A stretch of DNA of 64,000 nucleotides, from assembly GCA_045119215.1 (NCBI GenBank), contig JBGVDD010000098.1:33632-97631 (forward strand), written 5' to 3'. The notes below the pieces were generated by a model. It saw nothing but the letters and a program-made list of their open reading frames with translations. It had not been told where the DNA came from and searched no databases. This document shows positions 48,146-57,615 of the stretch, piece after piece. Position 1 is the stretch's first letter. Every line of letters begins with the position of its first letter. A program made the translations under genes and the position numbers. Origin of the DNA: Lachnospiraceae bacterium. Its GTDB lineage: Bacteria; Bacillota; Clostridia; Lachnospirales; Lachnospiraceae.

Positions 48146-49588
48146 ATGAAAAGAAAAAGTTTGGAAATTGTATTGTGTATGATGATGGTGGGTTCACTCA
48201 TTGCCTGTGGTAGTCCGGAAGAACCGGACCATGAGGCACCTAAGGTATCACAGGAAAGTGAGGAGAATACAGAATCCACAGAGGTGGCAGAACCTACCAA
48301 GGAGGTAGAAGAGGAAGAAGCTGAGGAAAGTACACAGAATACAGAGGAAAAAGAAACTGATGTGGAAAAGACAGAGCCTGTGATCAATGAAGAAACAAGG
48401 GAATTATCCAAAGAGGAATTGGATGAGCTTACAAAATTTGCTCAGGAATATAGTACCTATGGATTTCTTTTATCGGAATATGATGCCCCGGAGGATGTGG
48501 AACTTGGGGAGGTATTCCATACAGGAGCCGGTTTTGGGGAAGAGATGAGCACCCCGGAAGTGGAAGCGTATTTAAAGGAATGTAATCAGGAAGAACTGTA
48601 TACAGATTGTGTGAAGGTATCTGCCAAAAATGTAGAAGCTGTATTACAGAAAAATTTAGGCCTTGGTCTGGCAGATATGCATACCAAGATGGATGGGGTT
48701 TATTTAGCGGATTATGATGCCTATTATCACGAATCCGGGGATACCAATTACATAGCATTTATCTGTGAAAGCGGGCAGGTAAAGGGAGACATCTATACTG
48801 TAAAGTTTGTAAATGAAAGAAAAGAATTCTGGCCCACATATGCCATGGAAACCACATTAGAAAAAACGGCAGACGGCTATCATTTCTTATCTAACCGATT
48901 TTTAGAAGATACAGACGATATAGAAATAGAAAATGAGGAACCAGATACAGCAGAGGTTGAAAACTCCTATACCATTGTAATTGATGCAGGGCATCAGCAA
49001 AAGGGGGATTCCTCCACAGAGCCTATTGGACCAGGGGCTTCAGAAAAAAAGGCTAAGGTGGCAGGAGGTACCAGGGGTGTGGCCACAGGGCTTGCAGAGT
49101 ATGAATTGACGTTGCAGGTGGCATTAAAGCTTCAGACAGAAATGGAAAGCAGAGGCTACAATGTACTTATGGTGCGTACTTCTAATGATGTTAATATCAG
49201 TAACAGCGAACGGGCAGCTATAGCCAATGATGCTAATGCAGATGCATTTATTCGGATTCATGCTAATGGTTCCAAAAACAGTAGTGCCAATGGAGCTATG
49301 ACCATTTGTCAGACAGCGTCCAATCCTTACAACGGAAATCTTTACTCACAGAGTAAGGCATTATCCAGTGCAGTTTTGGATCATCTGGTATCCTCTACCG
49401 GATGTAAAAAGGAATCTGTCTGGGAAACAGATACCATGAGTGGAATCAACTGGTGCCAGGTACCGGCAACCATTGTAGAAATGGGCTATATGACCAATGC
49501 AAATGAAGATGCTCTGATGGCAACCGATGAGTATCAGCAAAAGATTGTTACAGGAATTGCAGATGGGATAGAAGAATATTTGCAATAG
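48146..49588 (+). CDS. N-acetylmuramoyl-L-alanine amidase lipoprotein (Amidase_3 C-terminal domain)
   Basis: The ATG at 48146 follows AAGGAGA. Lipobox LIACGS, an acidic low-complexity linker, and C-terminal [26 protein letters not shown]. Confidence 0.85.
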   Translation: MKRKSLEIVLCMMMVGSLIACGSPEEPDHEAPKVSQESEENTESTEVAEPTKEVEEEEAEESTQNTEEKETDVEKTEPVINEETRELSKEELDELTKFAQEYSTYGFLLSEYDAPEDVELGEVFHTGAGFGEEMSTPEVEAYLKECNQEELYTDCVKVSAKNVEAVLQKNLGLGLADMHTKMDGVYLADYDAYYHESGDTNYIAFICESGQVKGDIYTVKFVNERKEFWPTYAMETTLEKTADGYHFLSNRFLEDTDDIEIENEEPDTAEVENSYTIVIDAGHQQKGDSSTEPIGPGASEKKAKVAGGTRGVATGLAEYELTLQVALKLQTEMESRGYNVLMVRTSNDVNISNSERAAIANDANADAFIRIHANGSKNSSANGAMTICQTASNPYNGNLYSQSKALSSAVLDHLVSSTGCKKESVWETDTMSGINWCQVPATIVEMGYMTNANEDALMATDEYQQKIVTGIADGIEEYLQ

Positions 49589-49603
49589 TGACATAATATA
49601 GGG

Positions 49604-49646
49604 ACGGTTCTTTTGTCATGATATCGTGACAAAAGAACCGTTTTCA
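49604..49646 (+). terminator. intrinsic terminator (15-bp stem)
   Basis: acggttcttttgtca (49604-49618) / tgacaaaagaaccgt (49627-49641), then TTTTC. Confidence 0.8.
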
Positions 49647-49670
49647 TTTCTTAAGATTTTTTGAACCATA

Positions 49671-49733
49671 TTGACTTCGAAGAAAAAGTGTATATAATGT
49701 GTACTATAACAAGTAATACACTTGGTACAGTAA
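49671..49733 (+). promoter_or_regulatory. sigma-A promoter with overlapping inverted repeats (putative GntR/YtrA operator)
   Basis: TTGACT (49671-49676), a 16-nt spacer, TATAAT (49693-49698). The arm AAGTGTAT (49686-49693) is inverted as ATACACTT (49726-49733), and a third GTGTAcTA copy lies at about 49698. Confidence 0.6.
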
Positions 49734-49755
49734 TAGTTCAGAAAGGAGGAGAAGG

Positions 49756-50133
49756 ATGATTATAATTGATTATAAAGATCCGAGACCAATTTACGAACAG
49801 ATAATAGAAAAGCTGCAGGAGTTGATTGTTAAGGGGATTTTAGAACCGGACAGCCAGCTGCCTAGCGTAAGAAGCTTAGCCATGGAACTATCCATTAACC
49901 CAAATACCATTCAGAAAGCCTATGGTGAGTTAGAACGAAGAGGGTATCTGTATACGGTGAAGGGAAAGGGAAGCTTTGTAAGCTTTCATGAGGAACTACT
50001 AAAGGAAGCCCAGGAGTCATCCAAGGCAAAAATTCGAAAAGCCGTAGAAGAAGGCAGGGAGGTAAAACTGACCCAGGATGAGGTGTTGGAGATTATCAAG
50101 GAAGTATTTCAAGGAGGGATGAAGAATGATTGA
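49756..50133 (+). CDS. GntR-family transcriptional regulator (YtrA-like, short)
   Basis: The winged-helix pattern LPSVRSLAMELSINPNTIQKAYGELERRGYL. 125 aa. Confidence 0.9.
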   Translation: MIIIDYKDPRPIYEQIIEKLQELIVKGILEPDSQLPSVRSLAMELSINPNTIQKAYGELERRGYLYTVKGKGSFVSFHEELLKEAQESSKAKIRKAVEEGREVKLTQDEVLEIIKEVFQGGMKND

Positions 50134-51028
50134 AGTGTCCAATATAAGTAAAACCTTTGATGATATCAAAGCAGTGAATGACATTTCCATAACCATAAGC
50201 GAAAAGAATGTCTTTGGACTTATTGGAACCAACGGTGCAGGAAAAAGTACCTTTATGAGGATGCTTACAGGGGTGTTAAAGCCAGATAGCGGAAGTATTT
50301 TAGTAGATGGAATTTCGGTGTACGAATCAGAAGAAGCAAAGCGTTTGTTCTTCTATATCTCTGATGACCAGTATTTTCCCCCAAGCGCCAAGGTAAGCGA
50401 TATGGAAAATTATTATAAATTGTTTTACAAAGATTTTGACAGCGCAAAACTAAACGGATATTTACAACGTTTTGAATTAGATAAAAACAGGAAAATCAAC
50501 ACCTTTTCTAAGGGTATGAAAAAGCAGTTGTCTATTTTGCTTGGGGTTTGCTCCGGATGTAAATATTTATTCTGCGATGAGACATTTGATGGCCTTGACC
50601 CGGTAATGCGTCAGGGGGTGAAGAGCATTTTTGCAAAAGAGATGGAAGAAAGGGGGCTTACTCCGGTGATTGCCTCCCACAATCTTCGGGAATTGGAAGA
50701 TATCTGTGATTATGTAGGGTTGCTACATAAAGGCGGCGTACTGCTATCGAAAGACTTAGAACAGATGAAGAGTAATATCTTTAAGGTTCAGTGTGTTTTT
50801 TCAGATAAGGATAAGGAATTTGAAACCTTGAAAAAGATGGAGGTCTTACACACAGAGAGAAGAGGTTCCCTGGTCACTTTGACCATTCGTGGGGAGCGAA
50901 AGAACATTGTATCGATTATTGAAAGTACAAATCCGGTCTTTTGTGAAGTGCTTCCTTTAAGCTTAGAGGAAATATTTATCAGTGAAACGGAGGTAGTGGG
51001 CTATGACATCAAAAAGCTTATTTACTAA
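50126..51028 (+). CDS. ABC transporter ATP-binding protein
   Basis: Walker A GTNGAGKST, signature-like FSKGMKKQ, Walker B LFCDETFDGLD. Confidence 0.9.
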   Translation: MIEVSNISKTFDDIKAVNDISITISEKNVFGLIGTNGAGKSTFMRMLTGVLKPDSGSILVDGISVYESEEAKRLFFYISDDQYFPPSAKVSDMENYYKLFYKDFDSAKLNGYLQRFELDKNRKINTFSKGMKKQLSILLGVCSGCKYLFCDETFDGLDPVMRQGVKSIFAKEMEERGLTPVIASHNLRELEDICDYVGLLHKGGVLLSKDLEQMKSNIFKVQCVFSDKDKEFETLKKMEVLHTERRGSLVTLTIRGERKNIVSIIESTNPVFCEVLPLSLEEIFISETEVVGYDIKKLIY

Positions 51029-53126
51029 TTTTACAAAGAACGAAATAAAAAATAAATTTGCTTTATTTATTTGTGTGGTCTTGACGTTTGTAATGCTTTA
51101 TCCCATTTACTTGGCATTCCAACTTCAGGAAACTGCTAGAAAATTAAAAATTGGAGCAATCCAGAGAAGTGATGTGGTTCAGGGACTTATTTATGATGTT
51201 GGTGGAAGTAATACTATGGTTGTGGTATTTACCGTATTTTTTGCTACAATTATAGGTGTGCTAACCTTTGGGTATCTCTATTCCAAACCTCAGGTGGATT
51301 TGCTGCACAGCTTGCCAATCAGCAGAAAAAAGATTTTTCTTGGAAAATATCTGGCAGGATTTTTAGTATATGAAATTCCACTTGTGATTTTTAACTTTAT
51401 CGGATTAGGGATGATTTGTGTTGCAGGATACGGTTGTATGCCGGTAGTAAAATCTGCTTTTGTGGGGATTATCACCCATACTCTTGGATATTTAGTGTGC
51501 TATAGTACTGCAGTGTTGGCTGTAGTGCTGACGGGAAATTATCTTACCGGAATTTGTGGAGTTGGTTGCTTTCAATTGTATGGTATGGCAGTGGTTGGAA
51601 TTTGGGAAATGATTCTGGAGTCGGATTCACTGACTTATGATGTTTATCATACCAACGCATGGGAGAAGATTTCCAAGGTATCCCCGGCTGGGGCATATGG
51701 AATGCTGTCTAAATGGGCAGAATTCGGAGGAGATGGAAAATTTCATGTGTCAGAATTAAGCTTCTGGATGCTTTATGTCTTTGGATTTATGGCAATTATG
51801 AGTGTTTTGGCTTATGTGTTATTTATGAAACGTCCTTCGGAAGGTACCACCAAATCCATGGCTTTTCCTGTCACAAAACCAGCAATAAAAGTGGTGATTA
51901 TGACGGTGGCTACTATTTTAGGTGTGGAAATGTTTGCGCTTATCACCAAAAACAGTATTGGATGGAAATTAGTAGGTTTGGCGTTTGTGGCATTGGTATT
52001 GCATATCTTATTCCAGCTATTGTTAGAGCAGGATGTAAAGGCTATATTTAAGGGATTTATCAGCAGTACCATTACGGTAGCGTTGGCTGGTATCGTAATT
52101 TTTTGCAGCGGCATCATTGGAACCATGTATGACAATTACAGTTATAATCCAGAGAAGATAGAGAGTATGTCCATACAAATTTCCAATAATATGGCAACAA
52201 ATTGTTATCAGTTTGGTCCGTATTATGATATGAAGACAAAACGATATCTTTATGGTGATGACTATGGTTTGCAGTTTATGAAAATCACTGATAAAAAGTT
52301 TATCAAAGAATTCATGACAGAAATTCGCAAAGACCTTAGGGATGTAAAGATAACAGATGAAAATGCTCATACCGACACAGTGAATGTGTGCTATTATACC
52401 ACCTCAGGGGAGAAGCTCTATCGAAGCTATCAGGTGAACTGGCCAAAGTCAGCATACTATTTTGAAAAGGCAGCTATGCAGCAGGAATACTATCAGGGTA
52501 TGAACCAGGCAAATCAAATGGAAAAAACAGATATCACAGGGATTATTTATCTGTATGATGTAGAAGACGGAGAGTATTCTTCAAAAAATCTAGAACTTTC
52601 TAAAGAGGAAATTGAGAAAATCTTTGACACATACAATAAAGAGTATAACAGTAAAAATATTGAAAAACTCAGTGAGAGTACTCCAGTGGCTTTCCTGGCA
52701 TATGAAGGCAAAACAGGATATAGCAACGATACTATCGCTACAGTCTGTGTCTATGATAGCTTTGAAGAAACCATCAAATTGTTAAAAGAGGCTGGAGTCT
52801 CATTGGAGAAGAAACAGTTGGATGCCTCGACGGTGAAAACAGTAGAAGTAAGCTATACAGTAGATGGAGAAGGAGTTGTGAGGGTGGAATATACGGATGT
52901 GGAAAGTATTGACAAAATACTAAATGTTGTGGATATATATCCATATTGCCAGTATACCAACTACATGAATTCAGAGGAAAACTACCTTTATTCGGTGTGG
53001 GCATATGAAGACAACAAAGATGACGGTGGAAAAATGATGGGATTTGTAAAGAAAGTGCCAGACTGGATAGCTCAGGATATTCAGGATAATATGAAAAATA
53101 TAGAACGATATGAGGAAGAATACTAA
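51003..53126 (+). CDS. ABC-2-type permease-like membrane protein with large C-terminal soluble domain
   Basis: About 10 hydrophobic segments in the first ~370 aa, then a hydrophilic domain of ~330 aa. Translationally coupled to the ATPase gene. Confidence 0.65.
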   Translation: MTSKSLFTNFTKNEIKNKFALFICVVLTFVMLYPIYLAFQLQETARKLKIGAIQRSDVVQGLIYDVGGSNTMVVVFTVFFATIIGVLTFGYLYSKPQVDLLHSLPISRKKIFLGKYLAGFLVYEIPLVIFNFIGLGMICVAGYGCMPVVKSAFVGIITHTLGYLVCYSTAVLAVVLTGNYLTGICGVGCFQLYGMAVVGIWEMILESDSLTYDVYHTNAWEKISKVSPAGAYGMLSKWAEFGGDGKFHVSELSFWMLYVFGFMAIMSVLAYVLFMKRPSEGTTKSMAFPVTKPAIKVVIMTVATILGVEMFALITKNSIGWKLVGLAFVALVLHILFQLLLEQDVKAIFKGFISSTITVALAGIVIFCSGIIGTMYDNYSYNPEKIESMSIQISNNMATNCYQFGPYYDMKTKRYLYGDDYGLQFMKITDKKFIKEFMTEIRKDLRDVKITDENAHTDTVNVCYYTTSGEKLYRSYQVNWPKSAYYFEKAAMQQEYYQGMNQANQMEKTDITGIIYLYDVEDGEYSSKNLELSKEEIEKIFDTYNKEYNSKNIEKLSESTPVAFLAYEGKTGYSNDTIATVCVYDSFEETIKLLKEAGVSLEKKQLDASTVKTVEVSYTVDGEGVVRVEYTDVESIDKILNVVDIYPYCQYTNYMNSEENYLYSVWAYEDNKDDGGKMMGFVKKVPDWIAQDIQDNMKNIERYEEEY

Positions 53127-53134
53127 GAATAGTA

Positions 53135-53171
53135 TAAAAAAAGCTTCAGGCAATTGCCTGAGGCTTTTTTA
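53135..53171. terminator. bidirectional intrinsic terminator
   Basis: A-run, gcttcag..ctgaggc stem, T-run. Lies between convergent genes. Confidence 0.75.
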
Positions 53172-53177
53172 TGTAAA

Positions 53178-54299
53178 TTAATGTTGACTGATTTCTAAAG
53201 GTCGTTCCATATAGATAACTCTGGTAATAGAGCCTTTGGTATTTAAAACATCCTGTAAATTTTTTGTCTTGGAACTTCCGGAATCAAAAATCATAAACTT
53301 GTCCGCAGTAAGGGTATCCCCGCCTTCATAGCCACTGATTACCACCCAGTGCATTCCGCCTGGACGCTGTAAACAGACTGCCGGCATGTAGCCTTGATCT
53401 AATAAATCATAACATTTTTGAAGTGCATACTGACCGGATACGAATACCTGATACCATTGATCAGGGAGATTTCCCCAAATCAGATTACCACTTCCGGTAT
53501 ATAAATTTTTGTTTCGTGCAAGAGACACCGGATTGGTTGGGATTCCATGGTAAGTCATAATCAATGCAATATCACAGGTAAGACAACCGGACCGGGCCAG
53601 GGAGTAGGAAGAGTTTCCTAACATAATACTTTTGTATTGATTCTGGCATTGATTATAAGGAAAGGTACTATACTCTGTATAACTCATAGAATAATCATTT
53701 AGAATCACTTGTGGATACGGTTCCTTCCAATGGGCATAAAGTGTGGTATTTTTTGTGACCTTTACTTTTGCATCAGAGGTAATTAAAGTGCCACCTACTT
53801 TCTTTGTATGCCAGCCATCAAAAGCATATCCTTTCCTTTCAGGCGTTGCCAAAGTACCATATTGTTTTCCATACGTTTTTGTGTAGTTTTTTTTGCTAAC
53901 CTTTCCACCATTAGGGTTGAGCTTGATTTTGTACTTGTTTACACTCCAATGGGCATATAAGGTATGATTCTGGTTGTTCTTTACCTTTGTGCGGGATTTT
54001 ACCTGAGTACCCTTCTTTGGTTCTGTAAACCAGCCTAAAAAGGTGTATCCTCTCCGGGCAGGCACCGTTAAGGTTCCATATCTTTTCTTGTATGTTACGA
54101 TTTTATCCGGACATACATTTTTTGTTTTGTAATTCAAGGAAAAGCTTACCTGAATCTGAGAGGGGTTTTCCGCCTCCTGAACCACTGGAGTGGGTGTTTT
54201 AGAAGCTGCAAAAGATTCTGCTGGGGAATACAGGCTACCTATGACAATAGCTCCCAAGGAGCAGAAAAGCAGCTTTTTTATTTTACTGTGCTGTACCAT
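53178..54299 (-). CDS. secreted protein: two Listeria-Bacteroides-type repeats + C-terminal C39-like (papain-fold) cysteine peptidase domain
   Basis: Signal peptide ..SPAESFAASK. Repeats YGTLTVPARRGYTFLGWFTEPKKGT and YGTLATPERKGYAFDGWHTKKVGG. Candidate catalytic residues: Cys in ARSGCLTCD and His in GGMHWVVISGY. Confidence 0.65.
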   Translation of the reverse strand: MVQHSKIKKLLFCSLGAIVIGSLYSPAESFAASKTPTPVVQEAENPSQIQVSFSLNYKTKNVCPDKIVTYKKRYGTLTVPARRGYTFLGWFTEPKKGTQVKSRTKVKNNQNHTLYAHWSVNKYKIKLNPNGGKVSKKNYTKTYGKQYGTLATPERKGYAFDGWHTKKVGGTLITSDAKVKVTKNTTLYAHWKEPYPQVILNDYSMSYTEYSTFPYNQCQNQYKSIMLGNSSYSLARSGCLTCDIALIMTYHGIPTNPVSLARNKNLYTGSGNLIWGNLPDQWYQVFVSGQYALQKCYDLLDQGYMPAVCLQRPGGMHWVVISGYEGGDTLTADKFMIFDSGSSKTKNLQDVLNTKGSITRVIYMERPLEISQH

Positions 54300-54456
54300 T
54301 TTTCTTCTTGTTCCTTTCTATGCCATTATTTTCTTGATTTTATTTTCTATTTTTCTCTTTTTACAGAGATTTTTTTATCTCTTTTGATGACATTCCTTTA
54401 TATTATACAATTTTTTTAACAGTGATGCAACAAAAAATTATTATTTACCTAAAGGT

Positions 54457-55800
54457 TTAATTCAACAGAAATTTTCTTAAGTTTTTAAAGTGAAGTATAC
54501 AAAGAAGAATCTGACTGGTCAACAGTCCGATAAAATATCCATTCATTCCTAATTTTGGCATAACAAACACTACGAAAACCAGTCGTAAGCATACACAGCA
54601 TAGATTATTAAAAAAACATCCGGCCATTTTTCCCAGACCATTCAAGATACTTTCCAAGGTGGTGGAGGCACACAGGAAAGGAGCAATAAAGGCTATTTTT
54701 CTTAGATAATTTCCACAGACCGCATCAGAGAATAAAAACAATCCAATCCATTTTCCTAAAAAAAGAAAAGCAAGATTTAGACAGCAGCCAAAAAAGAAGG
54801 AGAGACATAAGGATTTTCGTATGATTTGAATCAGTTTCTTCTTGTTTCCTAAGGAGTGTTGTTCTGAAACAGAGGGAAGAAGTACTGTGGACATAGAATT
54901 TATGATTGTGGTGGGAAATAGTAAGATGGGAAGAGCCATGGCAGCAAAGGCACCATATAATGATAATGCCTGGTTTCTCTCCCATCCAAAGGAGACTAAG
55001 GCCATGGGGAGTAATAAAGCCTCAGCGCTTTGTAATAGAGAAAGTACAAAGCGGTTGCTGCTTACCGGAATGCTTAAGGAAAGGATGAGTTTGGACATGG
55101 CGAGTTTCTGAGATAAACGTAAGGAAACTTTGGTAAGTTTTCTACCATAAAAATAGCAGGTTGTCATAAATAAGGAGGAGACAATCTCTCCAATAAGGCT
55201 CCCTATCAATGCAATGTATATTCCGGTAGGTTTATTGCAGGCTTCATAAATTCTAAAAATTAACATAATGGAAAAAATGCGAACTAACTGTTCCAATAAC
55301 ATGGATAGTGAGGGAAGCAGCATTTTTTTCTGCCCATAATAATATCCACACATACAGGCGTGAAGTGCCGAAAAGGGAAAAGATAGAGCCAGAAGTCGAA
55401 AGAGTGGATACAATTGTGGTTCTTTGTAGATATTTAAAGCAAGAAAGAAAGATGAAGAGTATAGAATCCCTGTGGTAATCATAGAAAAAAGGAAGGAAAG
55501 TAAAAAGCCTGTGGATAGGATCTGTCGCTGCTGGTTTCTTTGTTCGCTTCTGGTATATTCAGAAACCAATTTGGAAATAGCAACGGTAATTCCACCGATG
55601 GCAAAAGCGTGACATAGGGAGGTTAGGGGAAATATCTGTTGATAAATTCCCATTCCAGCCGAACCAATTTTATGATTGAGGAATATTCTATAGTAAAAGC
55701 CTAAAAATCTGTTCAGAAATCCTGTGATGGTAAGCAAAAGTGTGTTTTCTAAGAAGAGTTTCATGTCTTTTGAGAGAGAAGTATGTAAAGATGAATACAT
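54457..55800 (-). CDS. MOP-superfamily flippase (SpoVB / polysaccharide-biosynthesis-protein family)
   Basis: About 12-14 TM segments. The N-terminal NTLLLTITGFLNRFLGFYYRIFL is typical of SpoVB/MurJ-like proteins. Confidence 0.7.
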   Translation of the reverse strand: MYSSLHTSLSKDMKLFLENTLLLTITGFLNRFLGFYYRIFLNHKIGSAGMGIYQQIFPLTSLCHAFAIGGITVAISKLVSEYTRSEQRNQQRQILSTGFLLSFLFSMITTGILYSSSFFLALNIYKEPQLYPLFRLLALSFPFSALHACMCGYYYGQKKMLLPSLSMLLEQLVRIFSIMLIFRIYEACNKPTGIYIALIGSLIGEIVSSLFMTTCYFYGRKLTKVSLRLSQKLAMSKLILSLSIPVSSNRFVLSLLQSAEALLLPMALVSFGWERNQALSLYGAFAAMALPILLFPTTIINSMSTVLLPSVSEQHSLGNKKKLIQIIRKSLCLSFFFGCCLNLAFLFLGKWIGLFLFSDAVCGNYLRKIAFIAPFLCASTTLESILNGLGKMAGCFFNNLCCVCLRLVFVVFVMPKLGMNGYFIGLLTSQILLCILHFKNLRKFLLN

Positions 55801-55869
55801 GGGTTACACCTAAGTTTTTTACAAATGTATATGCTACCATCCGGGGAGATAGAACGAAAAGGAGTAATT

Positions 55870-57021
55870 ATGATATATCTGGATCATGCAGCAACTACCA
55901 GGGTGTATCCTCAGGTTATGGAAGAGATGGAACCTTATTTCTATGAAAAATACGCCAACCCTTCCGGTGCCTATGACATTAGCGTGAAAAATAAGGAGGC
56001 AGTGCAAAGGGTTAGGGAGAAATTAGCCTGTGTGCTAGGAGGAAAACCTGAAGAAATATTTTTTACATCCGGAGGAAGTGAATCGGATAATTGGGCAGTC
56101 AAGGGAGTTGCACTGGCAAATATAGATAAGGGAAAACATATTATTACTACCAAAATAGAACATCATGCTGTAATCAATTCCTGTAAATATCTGGAAAATT
56201 TCGGGTATGAGATTACGTATCTAGATGTAGATAGTCAGGGGAGAGTTCGGTTAGAGGATGTGGAAAACTCTATTAGAGATGATACCATACTGATTTCCAT
56301 TATGGCGGCCAACAATGAAATTGGGACTTTGCAGCCTATAGAAGCTATTGGGTGGCTGGCAAAAAAATATGGGATTTTATTTCATACAGATGCTGTGCAG
56401 ATGTTTTGCCAACTCCCTATAGATGTAAGAAAAGGAGAGATAGATTTATTGTCCGCTAGTGCCCATAAGTTTGGTGGTCCAAAGGGAATTGGATTTTTGT
56501 ACGTCAAAGAGGGAACAAAGCTAGAACCCTATATTCACGGAGGTAGTCAGGAATACAAAATGCGGGCAGGAACAGAAAATGTTCCATATATTGTGGGAAT
56601 GGGAAAAGCAGTGGAAATCTGTACGAAAAAAATGTATGCTACCATTGCAAGAGAGCAGTATCTGCGGGATTATCTGATTCGCAGAGTATTAGAGGAAATC
56701 CCGGGGGTGAAGTTGAATGGACCTTCTCGAAACAGATTGCCCGGGAATGTGAATTTCTGTTTCGAGCACTTGTCAGGTGCCTCCCTTTTAATTTTGCTGA
56801 ATGAGAATGAAATTTATGCATCGGCAGGATCCGCTTGCAATGCAGGCAGTAGTGAGCCATCTCATGTACTGAAGGCTATTGGTGTTTCAAAAGATTATAT
56901 TGAAGGTGCCATCCGATTTACTTTGGGAGAGGAAAATACGAGACAGGAAATAGACAAAGTAGTCAGCCTTTTGAAAAAATATGTCAGGGAGCTACGGGAT
57001 AATGATAATGCTACAGGCTAG
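55870..57021 (+). CDS. nifS: cysteine desulfurase (NifS/IscS class)
   Basis: The ATG at 55870 follows AAAGGAG. IYLDHAATT, SAHKFGGPKG with the PLP Lys, and GSACNAG with the catalytic Cys. Confidence 0.85.
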   Translation: MIYLDHAATTRVYPQVMEEMEPYFYEKYANPSGAYDISVKNKEAVQRVREKLACVLGGKPEEIFFTSGGSESDNWAVKGVALANIDKGKHIITTKIEHHAVINSCKYLENFGYEITYLDVDSQGRVRLEDVENSIRDDTILISIMAANNEIGTLQPIEAIGWLAKKYGILFHTDAVQMFCQLPIDVRKGEIDLLSASAHKFGGPKGIGFLYVKEGTKLEPYIHGGSQEYKMRAGTENVPYIVGMGKAVEICTKKMYATIAREQYLRDYLIRRVLEEIPGVKLNGPSRNRLPGNVNFCFEHLSGASLLILLNENEIYASAGSACNAGSSEPSHVLKAIGVSKDYIEGAIRFTLGEENTRQEIDKVVSLLKKYVRELRDNDNATG

Positions 57022-57105
57022 CTTGACATGTAATAATGTGAAATGATAAACTAGGAATGTATCATAGTTAATGATAAGAGCCTACAAAACAAAGGAGGCA
57101 GGAGA

Positions 57106-57555
57106 ATGAAATGTCCATTTTGTGGAAACGAGAATACTAAGGTGGTGGATTCTAGGGCAGCGGAGGACAATTATGCTATTCGAAGACGTAGAATCTGTGA
57201 AGTATGTGGAAAGAGATTTACTACATATGAGAAGATTGAATCTATTCCTTTTATGGTAATAAAAAAGGATAATACCAGAGAGCCCTATGATCGCTCAAAG
57301 ATTGAGTCAGGAATTTTTAGAGCCTGTCATAAACGTCCTGTGTCTGTAGCCCAGGTGAATCGGCTGATTGATCAGGTGGAGGCAGAGATTTTTTCCAGAG
57401 ATGAAAAAGAGATTACTACAAAAGAAATCGGTGAGAGTGTTATGGATAAACTAAAGGATTTAGAGGCAGTGGCCTACGTTCGTTTTGCTTCTGTGTATAG
57501 AGAGTTTAAAGATGTGAATACTTTTGTGGACGAATTGAAAAATTTATTGGGATAA
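57106..57555 (+). CDS. nrdR: transcriptional repressor NrdR
   Basis: MKCPFCG..C..CG zinc ribbon plus an ATP-cone. Confidence 0.95.
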   Translation: MKCPFCGNENTKVVDSRAAEDNYAIRRRRICEVCGKRFTTYEKIESIPFMVIKKDNTREPYDRSKIESGIFRACHKRPVSVAQVNRLIDQVEAEIFSRDEKEITTKEIGESVMDKLKDLEAVAYVRFASVYREFKDVNTFVDELKNLLG

Positions 57556-57575
57556 AAAAGATTACAATAATACAA

Positions 57576-57606
57576 AGTGCTGACATATACTGTCAGCACT
57601 TTTTTG
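57576..57606 (+). terminator. intrinsic terminator after nrdR
   Basis: agtgctgaca (57576-57585) / tgtcagcact (57591-57600), then T5. Confidence 0.8.
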
Positions 57607-57615
57607 GAGGATACT

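Noticed and set aside
51713-52051. 112-aa alternative-frame ORF inside the permease gene
   Set aside because: It lies in the same region as a continuous 707-aa membrane-protein frame and has no independent support.
57577-57615. Longer start for the methyltransferase ORF
   Set aside because: The extra codons lie within the nrdR terminator hairpin. GGAGG precedes the ATG at 57616.
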